Of a stretch of 64,000 nt of DNA, positions 27,876-35,661 are shown piece by piece. The position numbers and the translations under genes are program-made. Below the pieces are notes generated by a model. The model was given only the letters and a program-made list of their open reading frames with translations. It had not been told where the DNA came from and made no database searches. Source of the stretch: a virus; IMG/VR virus record IMGVR_UViG_3300025881_000985, positions 130,557 through 194,556 of that record; one strand, given 5' to 3'. Each line of letters begins with the position of its first letter. The stretch's first letter is position 1.

Positions 27876-29268
27876 AATATCTACACTGTTTCCAAAACTC
27901 TTCCATCTCAGGAAATGTTGCTAAAAAGTTTGTGTCTCTGCGTTTATCGTGTTCAGTAAAGAACCTATAAAAGTCTGCACGATTGTTTTGCAAATATTGT
28001 TCAGGTAATTCATCTCCTTTACGCATCCACGCTATATCTCTACGCATACGCTGTACTTCATAATCTTTAAATCCGTGGAATGGATCGTCTTTGGTTTCTA
28101 AGTTTCGTTCCATCCAATTTGCAACTTCTTCTAATTTTTCAGCATAAGGCCATGGCAATATCTGTAGACTTTGCCAAGTTGGTTGACGCAACAATGGTGT
28201 ATCAAACCATATACGCTGATAAGTTGAACTAAACGCTTTACGTAAATCAAGTATCCATTCTAACTGCTTTTTAATTCCACTCACACTCAAGTTATTCATT
28301 GTAATAATAAATGTTAAACTATTACGCTCGGGCACCTCTCCTAAATACCTATATACATTATGATGCATACGAGTCCATTGAAGTCCGTGCCTAATATATT
28401 CTGCTTGTTCTGGCACACCAGTGTCAAGGCTAACATATTGCATAAAATGTTCTATTTGTGTTTTACATAACTTTTTTACGTAACCAATATACTTTTCAAA
28501 CAGTTTATCTTCAACACTGAAGTTGCTTGTTACATTTAGATGTAACTCTGGATTTGGTAATGCTAGTACATAATCAAACACACGATATGTATTGTTATCC
28601 ATCAACGGTTCACCACCAGTCATACGGAAATGTTTTAGGTGTGGGTATAACGAGGGCCACCATTCCCAAAACGCATCAACATATGGATTTTCTTCTCTGT
28701 GTGGAATTGGTCTATTACGCCCAACAAAATGTTCAGGTGCATTATGCGGAACACTAGTAGGATATGCTCCTACTTTTTTAGTTTCCTTCATCCATGTGCT
28801 ACTAAATTGTGGACTGCAATACGAACAGGCCAAGTTACATGCATTATTAAAATTAACTTCAACGTAACTAGGTTTCCAGTCTTCGTCACCAGTACTGTTT
28901 TTAATTGCTTCGTAATCACTGGCCGCCCAAGGTTCTCCACTGCGATAATGTCTATCGCTTAGGTTACCTGAATCCTCAATGTTCCAGCAATACTGACACT
29001 CTGGAGGACGTTCACCTTTGAGCATCATTTTACGCTGTTCTTTTTTGTGTTCTGTATTGTGCAATGCATTAGGATCGAGTTTTACTTTCTCGCGATCCAT
29101 TTGATGCAACGGAGGATGATAGCAACTATTATTCAGCCCTGTTGGTAAATGAAAACTTACTTGTTTCCATTTTGCTAAACACAAGCCGTGGCCAAGATTA
29201 TCTTTCATAAACTCGGCACTAGCCATAAACTTACTTTTATTACCTACGGATTCGTCACCCTTGTTCAT
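27862..29268 (-). CDS. Radical SAM protein with N-terminal Cys/His domain (type B)
   Basis: CNLACSYC, GGEP. N-terminal CLAKW...SCYHPP...CQYCW. Confidence 0.9.
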   Translation of the reverse strand: MNKGDESVGNKSKFMASAEFMKDNLGHGLCLAKWKQVSFHLPTGLNNSCYHPPLHQMDREKVKLDPNALHNTEHKKEQRKMMLKGERPPECQYCWNIEDSGNLSDRHYRSGEPWAASDYEAIKNSTGDEDWKPSYVEVNFNNACNLACSYCSPQFSSTWMKETKKVGAYPTSVPHNAPEHFVGRNRPIPHREENPYVDAFWEWWPSLYPHLKHFRMTGGEPLMDNNTYRVFDYVLALPNPELHLNVTSNFSVEDKLFEKYIGYVKKLCKTQIEHFMQYVSLDTGVPEQAEYIRHGLQWTRMHHNVYRYLGEVPERNSLTFIITMNNLSVSGIKKQLEWILDLRKAFSSTYQRIWFDTPLLRQPTWQSLQILPWPYAEKLEEVANWMERNLETKDDPFHGFKDYEVQRMRRDIAWMRKGDELPEQYLQNNRADFYRFFTEHDKRRDTNFLATFPEMEEFWKQCRYYAQR

Positions 29269-29571
29269 TTACCATCCCATCATAAATCGAGTTTCTTCAG
29301 GTACCATTTCTATTGTAAACGGTGGATCAAATGTTGTGTTAACAATAACACTCAACACTTCTGGTGCATACCCTGCTTGTTGTATATCACTAACAATTTG
29401 ATCTGCAAACGGACAGAATGCACTTGTTAATGTGTGCGTGATTGTAACTTCGTATTCGCTTTGATCTATCGCAATATCGTATATCAATCCTAAATCATAT
29501 ACATTACAACTTATTTCTGGATCAAAAACTTTACGTAAGTTTTCAATAACAATATCTTTATCTATTGCCAT
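29269..29571 (-). CDS. sufT: DUF59/SufT (MIP18-like) Fe-S cluster assembly protein
   Basis: LRKVFDPEI..NVYDLGLIYDI, TLTSAFCP, FDPPFT.EM. Confidence 0.88.
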   Translation of the reverse strand: MAIDKDIVIENLRKVFDPEISCNVYDLGLIYDIAIDQSEYEVTITHTLTSAFCPFADQIVSDIQQAGYAPEVLSVIVNTTFDPPFTIEMVPEETRFMMGW

Positions 29572-29572
29572 T

Positions 29573-30505
29573 TTACCAACCCTCTATTCTGCGAATAACA
29601 TCAATTTCTTTTGTCATTAGCTCTAAGTTTTTATGACCAGTTGCATAGTGATATTTAAAGAAAGCACTTTGTTCTGCATCAAGTTCAACAATATTTAATG
29701 CTAATCTATTATTAAGTAATTCTGTAATAGTTTCCATGTCATTATGATTTCCTATTGCAGTAACTTCGAGGTATTCTTCATGTAAGTATGCAAGTTTATC
29801 AAAGTCTTGTACTTGAGTAAAATCCCAATCCGACAACATTGTTTTGTATGTGCCGTACCGAGCTCCGTTGATTGCTTCTTCTCCGTGTTCAACATCACGA
29901 CCAATTGTTTGCCAAATCTGCAAGTGATCTAGATTACGTTTCTTTGCGTTATCATCGAACTCTTGCAGACTTGGCTTGCGTCCACGATCTAAGCACATTT
30001 TAACACCTTCGCGAAAACCAGCCCTCCAGGCATGATATTGACTTCCGTTAGGATATGTAGTGCTATAGCAGTTGTGCATAGGGTAGTAAGTTTCCTCGAA
30101 ACAAAACTCTACAGCCGTTTCGTGACTCCCGTCACTTGCTTCGTGGGTTCGCATATTGTTAACAAAGCCTTTGCTCCAGACACTCATGCCACCATTACCA
30201 TACATTAATCCATTAATGTGGTTACGTGCTTTCCATCTAAAAGCAGAGTCTTCGCCAGGCGTTTCAATTTGTAAATTAAAAAACTCTGGATCTGGAATAT
30301 TATCGCCATCAATTAAAACAAAAAAGTTAGTGTCACTTGCATCAGCACACGCCTTATGAGCCGCATCTGATCCTTTAACGTTATCTACTCGTTTTGCCCA
30401 TGGAACAATATTCTGTATTTGTAGCCAGAATTCTTCTTTCTGAGGTTCGTCATAACTTAAATAGATGCAGTCTAAATCTGCAACATCAGTGATTTTCAAA
30501 TCCAT
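29573..30505 (-). CDS. GT-A-like glycosyltransferase
   Basis: IYLSYDEP, VKGSDAAHKACA, FVLIDGDN (DxD), YGNGG, AWRAGFREGVKM. Confidence 0.6.
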   Translation of the reverse strand: MDLKITDVADLDCIYLSYDEPQKEEFWLQIQNIVPWAKRVDNVKGSDAAHKACADASDTNFFVLIDGDNIPDPEFFNLQIETPGEDSAFRWKARNHINGLMYGNGGMSVWSKGFVNNMRTHEASDGSHETAVEFCFEETYYPMHNCYSTTYPNGSQYHAWRAGFREGVKMCLDRGRKPSLQEFDDNAKKRNLDHLQIWQTIGRDVEHGEEAINGARYGTYKTMLSDWDFTQVQDFDKLAYLHEEYLEVTAIGNHNDMETITELLNNRLALNIVELDAEQSAFFKYHYATGHKNLELMTKEIDVIRRIEGW

Positions 30506-30773
30506 AGTATTGCCCTTCTCCGGAGTTAATTAATATACCAGCATGATTCTTAGCAGACTTATACGAACTGATTTTACATTTTTGTAATAACATTTGATCA
30601 GGATTATCTGTTGCACGAGTAAGTTTTCCATTGACTACTCTTAGGCGTGTATACTCAGGTCTATCGTACATTGCTTTATTGATACGAATAAATCTACCAG
30701 GAACCTCTTCATTGACTGTTATCCTAATAGGCATTCCTGCCTCATCATAGTATAACCTGTAGATAAAATCCAT
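30486..30773 (-). CDS. Hypothetical protein (95 aa)
   Basis: Start moved to ATG 30773 (TAATG overlap with the micro-ORF). Confidence 0.6.
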   Translation of the reverse strand: MDFIYRLYYDEAGMPIRITVNEEVPGRFIRINKAMYDRPEYTRLRVVNGKLTRATDNPDQMLLQKCKISSYKSAKNHAGILINSGEGQYYGFENH

Positions 30774-30898
30774 TATTTTAAAATCCATAGCAGAGTTAAT
30801 CCCACTGTAAGGAATGCAAGTAAATGCCATATCTTAAGTTTAGGATACACAACGTGGCCTTTGTTTTCGTCTTGTAAATCATCCCATATGTTTTTCAT
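30773..30898 (-). CDS. 41-aa single-TM micro-ORF, not in ORF track
   Basis: MKNIWDDLQDENKGHVVYPKLKIWHLLAFLTVGLTLLWILK. AGGAG at 30912-30916. Stop overlaps the next ATG. Confidence 0.55.
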   Translation of the reverse strand: MKNIWDDLQDENKGHVVYPKLKIWHLLAFLTVGLTLLWILK

Positions 30899-31733
30899 AG
30901 TCTTGTATTAACTCCTTAACTTTAAATTTTTTATCATGATAATGTACTGGTTGAAGTTGTTGTACGTTATTAATACGCAATTCATTTAATTCATTTTCAA
31001 CCAGCACACTATCAAATATTTGTGTACTCTCAGCCCAACCTTGTATACCCGGTTTCATATGTGCAAATGTAAAGAAATCTAAGCTAGGAACATAAGGCTC
31101 AATTTCTAACATTGCTGATACAATACTGTAAACAACATCAGTTGTAGGATTTTCATCACGTATATTAGTAAGTGCAAAATCACGCACTTCAGTCCAGTTA
31201 CGATATACGTCACGAGCTAGGGTAAAAAACTCTGTTGCTTCGCGACTGTACCGGAAATACATCATACCATTATATACATCAGGTAAATTATTATCACTGA
31301 ATAACTTACGATAGCGATTGCCTGTGTATAAACGTTGTTGCAGATCTACTACTCCATGACTTAAAACTACATTTCTTAATCTAAGTGCTGGCCACCAATG
31401 GGAGATATTCCTTGGAAACAGCAAATCAGATTCAAGTTTGATGGTCTCTTTAAACGGCGTTAACCAGAATGATTGCCATTCGTTGGCCAACTTCCATTCA
31501 TCATTTTCAGCTTCATCAATTTCTAGGGTAATAACGTAGTCGAACGCACGGCGTTGAGTGTCTGTTATTTGAGACTTAGTAAACTCGTCAACTATGACAG
31601 CATATAGACTGTCGGGCTGAGTTACCTTTATATTTAGCGCCTGAAGGTAGGCCAGCTCTAAATAATCCACATCATTTGTGTTCTGTGCAATAGTTAGAAA
31701 TCCTCTTTGAGCACAATGTGGTTGTTTACGCAT
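30879..31733 (-). CDS. GT8-like glycosyltransferase (DxD altered to ESD)
   Basis: Paralog of 31726..32472: GFLTIA.N...DY, TPFKETIKLESDLL, HYHDK. Confidence 0.55.
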   Translation of the reverse strand: MRKQPHCAQRGFLTIAQNTNDVDYLELAYLQALNIKVTQPDSLYAVIVDEFTKSQITDTQRRAFDYVITLEIDEAENDEWKLANEWQSFWLTPFKETIKLESDLLFPRNISHWWPALRLRNVVLSHGVVDLQQRLYTGNRYRKLFSDNNLPDVYNGMMYFRYSREATEFFTLARDVYRNWTEVRDFALTNIRDENPTTDVVYSIVSAMLEIEPYVPSLDFFTFAHMKPGIQGWAESTQIFDSVLVENELNELRINNVQQLQPVHYHDKKFKVKELIQDYEKHMG

Positions 31734-32472
31734 TTAATACCTCTTCAAACTCTATACTTTGTAGATATTGTTTGTCGTGGAAATGCAAAGATATGTATGG
31801 TAAAACATATGCTCCGTCGTCTGTAATAACTTTGATCCAATCGTCTATAATAATTTGGTTAACTTTGCCTTGAATAGTTTGTATACTCCACGGTATTTTA
31901 GTAGAAGTATCTTCAACATAACCATTTACTAACCTATCTGCAATAGTAAAAGCGGCATCATTGCGAAAATTACTTGTCTGTAATTTATACAATGCACGAT
32001 AATAAGGATAGTTGTTTTGTATCATTTTAGCAAACTCAAATAAATCCTTTGACTTCTGTGTCTTATTAAATACAATTACTGTAGCCCATAACATAGGACC
32101 AATCGATAACTGTCCAAGAGTATCAACCAAGTTTTCTTTGTTAACATAAGTGTTCTTGTCTACTATAGCATAATCTTGTACAGTGTCAAGTACTTTGAGT
32201 AAATTACTATCAAATATTAGATAATCGCCGTCAACTAATATAGTTTGATCATATGGAGATAAGTCGTATGCTTCACACCTTCCGGTATTTTGCCATTCGA
32301 CTATTTCATTGTCCACTCTTCTTTTATTACTTGACTTTGTACCACTTACAATAGTTGTTGGCAATCCAAGATACTTTTTAATTAGTTTAGCATTAATTTT
32401 TGCAATCTTTATATAATCAATTTCTTTTGTATTAGTTGCAAATATTAATACACCTTTAGACTTTTCTGACAC
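31726..32472 (-). CDS. GT8-like glycosyltransferase
   Basis: GVLIFA.N...DY, SPYDQTILVDGDYL (DxD), LWATVIVF, HFHDK. Confidence 0.6.
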   Translation of the reverse strand: MSEKSKGVLIFATNTKEIDYIKIAKINAKLIKKYLGLPTTIVSGTKSSNKRRVDNEIVEWQNTGRCEAYDLSPYDQTILVDGDYLIFDSNLLKVLDTVQDYAIVDKNTYVNKENLVDTLGQLSIGPMLWATVIVFNKTQKSKDLFEFAKMIQNNYPYYRALYKLQTSNFRNDAAFTIADRLVNGYVEDTSTKIPWSIQTIQGKVNQIIIDDWIKVITDDGAYVLPYISLHFHDKQYLQSIEFEEVLNA

Positions 32473-32761
32473 GTTTTAGTTCCTGGTGTTGAGTATGCCA
32501 ATCATTCATTACTGCTTGGTAACGTTGATTGGCTAACTCTAATAATTCATAACGTTTAATAGCAATAGGATTATTATACGTATCTTCGAGGAACATGTCT
32601 TCGTCGTTCCAGGTTGACAAAAAAGAAATTAGTTCAGGTGTGATATAAAACAGTCCACCATTATAGGTTACATGTAACTCTGTAACCATTTTTTCTCTAA
32701 GTGCTTTTTTATTTGTTTGGAATTTAGTAGCTGACTTAACACGTTCTACTATATCAGTCAT
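32456..32761 (-). CDS. Hypothetical protein (101 aa)
   Basis: ATG one nt after the acpP stop. Confidence 0.7.
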   Translation of the reverse strand: MTDIVERVKSATKFQTNKKALREKMVTELHVTYNGGLFYITPELISFLSTWNDEDMFLEDTYNNPIAIKRYELLELANQRYQAVMNDWHTQHQELKRVRKV

Positions 32762-32762
32762 A

Positions 32763-33017
32763 TTATTTTCCTTGAACTTTTCTTACATTCTCTATAAAGG
32801 TAATTGCATCCTCTACGGTATGAAAATTTTCAGCATCGCTATCATCTATTTCAATCTGAAATTCTTCTTCAAATGCCATAGCCAACTCAATGGTATCCAG
32901 GCTATCGGCCCCCAGATCATCAACAAAGTCTGAATTTAAATATATATTTTGTTCTTCAACACCTAGGTGTTCTTCTAAGATATTGATTATTCTAGGTAAA
33001 GTGTCTTCGTAAACCAT
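32763..33017 (-). CDS. acpP: Acyl carrier protein
   Basis: FVDDLGADSLDTIELAMAFEEEF.IEI.D with phosphopantetheine Ser. Acidic, 84 aa, AGGAG SD. Confidence 0.95.
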   Translation of the reverse strand: MVYEDTLPRIINILEEHLGVEEQNIYLNSDFVDDLGADSLDTIELAMAFEEEFQIEIDDSDAENFHTVEDAITFIENVRKVQGK

Positions 33018-33045
33018 GTAATACTCCTAAACGAAAGTTGCTAGT

Positions 33046-33074
33046 AGTATATAACAAAAAACCCACTCTGTCAA
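33046..33074 (-). promoter_or_regulatory. sigma70 promoter for the acpP-led operon
   Basis: TTGACA (33074-33069)-17 bp-TATACT (33051-33046). Confidence 0.75.
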
Positions 33075-33090
33075 GTGGGTTTTTCTTTTT
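33056..33090. terminator. Intrinsic terminator ending the structural operon, overlapping the acpP promoter
   Basis: AAAAA-ACCCACT-ctgtca-AGTGGGT-TTTT stem with A/T tracts on both sides. Confidence 0.8.
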
Positions 33091-33113
33091 TTGGTTTAAT
33101 TAGTGGAAATTTA

Positions 33114-34037
33114 TTAACCTGGAGTAATGGATCCCCATGTATTTGCTAAATTAGTTGTTTCTGGTGGGCGAACAGTAAGAGAAGTAACAACATTTACACT
33201 AACCGCATCATCAAATCCATCAGCGGCTGTATCAGTTAATTCTACAGTCAATGTTACAATCTGACCAACGTCTGCGTTAGAACCTTGTACACCATTTGTA
33301 TGGATTTTAACTTGTACATCGTTGTTGTTATAGTCTGCTGTACCTGTGGCACCGAATAGTCTTAGAATTGATGCGGCGCTTGTGCCTGCATTCCAATATC
33401 CTAATGCTGTATTAGATGAGTTTAATGTACCACCTGTTCCTGTACGACTGTTAGTTTGACCGCCAATGATAATAGTTCCAATGTGGCCTAGTAATGTAAC
33501 CCAGTCACCACTTTTTGATGTACTGTTTTGATTAGTTGATGAAAAGTTCCAAATTAGTTTACCACCTGCGTTAAAGAAATAACGTGCTTGGTCCGCACTA
33601 GCGAATGTTGCTGTACGTGTAAAACTTTGTGTTCCAGTATTAGTTGTATAGTTGTATGTTGAACTGCCTGTTGCAGTTGCATCAGATCCGTTTGAATTTG
33701 CATCTAAACGATTGTTCATTCCGTCTGTAATCTTAGAACTTAGTGTGCTTAGGAAAGCAATGTTACTTCCTGCTGTCGGAGCACTAATTCCTGATCCAGA
33801 TCCTGCTTGGTGTGTTAGGATAGAATCAAGTCTAGCAATCAATGTAGCCCATTGCGTTGCTGTTACGGTTTCAACTCCAACTGTTGATAGTGTTGATGTT
33901 TGGCCGTATCCTTTGTTTCCTGTTCCGACACCCCAAACTGTGTTAATGTTCGCAGTTGTATGCGTTACAGACGCACCACCTTGTGCGAATGTATTGTAAT
34001 CAACCGCTTGGATTAATCCACCTTGGCTATATGTCAT
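33114..34037 (-). CDS. Virion structural protein, Thr/Gly/Ser-rich, tail-associated
   Basis: Last gene of the fibre operon. WG.G..NKGYGQ and F.S.DQARYFFNAGG motifs. Composition typical of fibres. Confidence 0.6.
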   Translation of the reverse strand: MTYSQGGLIQAVDYNTFAQGGASVTHTTANINTVWGVGTGNKGYGQTSTLSTVGVETVTATQWATLIARLDSILTHQAGSGSGISAPTAGSNIAFLSTLSSKITDGMNNRLDANSNGSDATATGSSTYNYTTNTGTQSFTRTATFASADQARYFFNAGGKLIWNFSSTNQNSTSKSGDWVTLLGHIGTIIIGGQTNSRTGTGGTLNSSNTALGYWNAGTSAASILRLFGATGTADYNNNDVQVKIHTNGVQGSNADVGQIVTLTVELTDTAADGFDDAVSVNVVTSLTVRPPETTNLANTWGSITPG

Positions 34038-34055
34038 TTTGTTTTTACCCTATAA

Positions 34056-35600
34056 TTATGATGTTAATTTAACAATGGCTTCGACTTGGCCTTCCTCGTC
34101 TGTCCATTTATCTTCTAAAGAACGTCCGATGACGTTCCAAGGGGTAATTTCATCTTTAGTAGCGGATCTAGCACGGCCATCACCTGCACTCACTAATCTG
34201 TCACCCTTATTGACTGTTCCAACTACTGTTACCGGAACTCTTCCACTAACTGCAATCGCTGGATGCGTTTCATCGTCTCCGGCACCACTATTCATTAAGT
34301 ATGCCGCTCTACTACTTACCACGCCAAAGACATCGTCTGATAAATCATTGGCCACTTTGGTAATTTCTTCTGCTCCACCTAGTGCAACAACTGTTCCAGG
34401 AGCATAACTGCCATCACTGGCAAAACGCTCCGCCAAGTCAGCGTATTGTGCTTGGGTTGAAGTTCCATTAAATGTGGAAGCATAAATTGTGTTAAATTTG
34501 TGTGTAGCATTACCTAAACTAAATGAGTTTCCTGTTGAAACTCTAATACTACCTGTAATTTCATTTGTACCGTCATGTTTTAGTAATGACGCTAACTGTG
34601 TTTGAATATCTGAAATGCTACTACCTGAACCAGCAATAGCGTTTGTTAATGTAGTAATTTCACCATCAACATAACCTTTAGTCGCAATACCATTTGTAGT
34701 TGTTGGAACACCAACTGGAACTTCTGCACGGCCTGCGCCTGTTAATGAAAGTACTTTGGTGTTAACGTTGCTTGATTTAACATAAAAATCAAGATCATTT
34801 CCGTTTGTTACACTAGTAACGTTACTAGCACCCGATGTAACAGTTAAACTCATATCGTTACTTGAACCAATGTTTAGTCCGCTGTTATTCTGAATTGATT
34901 GTGCGGCTGTAAATGCTGTGGTTCCTGCTAGTGTAGCATATGCTGTTGCCGCAACACCGTTAAGTGAAGTAGCGTTATCTGCATCGCCCCAATATTTAAG
35001 TCCTGAAATTGCTGTACTTAAATTAAAGCCTGGTTTGATTGTAGTGAAACCTGGAGCAGAACCTGCTGTTAATGGAGTAAACTCTGCATCTCTACTTAGT
35101 ATACTAGTTAATTGGTTATTAACGAAGAACTTAACAACAACGTGAGTAGCGTTACTAACTGTGTTATCAGCAATAATATCTGCTACTGCACCTGTTTGTC
35201 CTGATGTTGCTGTAAATGCTGGGCCAATTGTTACAAAGCTAGTTCCGGAGTAAACTTTAAGCTGAGTATTTGTGGTATCCCACCATAAATCGCCAACAAC
35301 TGGATCAGCTGGGGCGGATGAACTACTAATTGAACTCGAAATAACTTTCCAAGCACTTCCTGTGAACACTTTAAGTAGTTTGTTAGCACTATCATACCAA
35401 AGTTGTCCAGTAAGTGGATCATCTGGGGCGGCAGAGTTTGAAAAGTTCTCTAATATTTTGACAAAGTTCTGGTTAAGGAAAGCACCGTAACCTGAATAGT
35501 TTTTTCCGATTAGTACAAGACTTGTGGTTGTTTCGTCAGTCAACCCGTCTGCTAAGTTAATTAGCGTAGTACCATCTGTTTTGGTAATTGTATATGGCAT
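34056..35600 (-). CDS. Tail fibre protein with shared N-terminal anchor and C-terminal peptidase-G2/chaperone-like domain
   Basis: LIGKNYSGYG...ENF...GQLWYD. C-terminal QYADLAERF...SGRVPV.V.G.V.KGD.LVS. Confidence 0.7.
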   Translation of the reverse strand: MPYTITKTDGTTLINLADGLTDETTTSLVLIGKNYSGYGAFLNQNFVKILENFSNSAAPDDPLTGQLWYDSANKLLKVFTGSAWKVISSSISSSSAPADPVVGDLWWDTTNTQLKVYSGTSFVTIGPAFTATSGQTGAVADIIADNTVSNATHVVVKFFVNNQLTSILSRDAEFTPLTAGSAPGFTTIKPGFNLSTAISGLKYWGDADNATSLNGVAATAYATLAGTTAFTAAQSIQNNSGLNIGSSNDMSLTVTSGASNVTSVTNGNDLDFYVKSSNVNTKVLSLTGAGRAEVPVGVPTTTNGIATKGYVDGEITTLTNAIAGSGSSISDIQTQLASLLKHDGTNEITGSIRVSTGNSFSLGNATHKFNTIYASTFNGTSTQAQYADLAERFASDGSYAPGTVVALGGAEEITKVANDLSDDVFGVVSSRAAYLMNSGAGDDETHPAIAVSGRVPVTVVGTVNKGDRLVSAGDGRARSATKDEITPWNVIGRSLEDKWTDEEGQVEAIVKLTS

Positions 35601-35641
35601 TTACATGTTCTCCGTACAAGTATATTTCACTTTATATGTTT

Positions 35642-35649
35642 TATTTATC
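35642..35649 (-). promoter_or_regulatory. Late promoter GATAAATA
   Basis: Intergenic, 41 nt upstream of the fibre ATG. Confidence 0.55.
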
Positions 35650-35661
35650 AACATCGTAGTC

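Noticed and set aside
359-30830. N-terminal extensions given by the ORF track (1387, 1952, 5369, 6518, 8678, 10463, 11619, 16677, 21127, 30830)
   Set aside because: Downstream starts have better SD sites or stop/start coupling and match family N-termini
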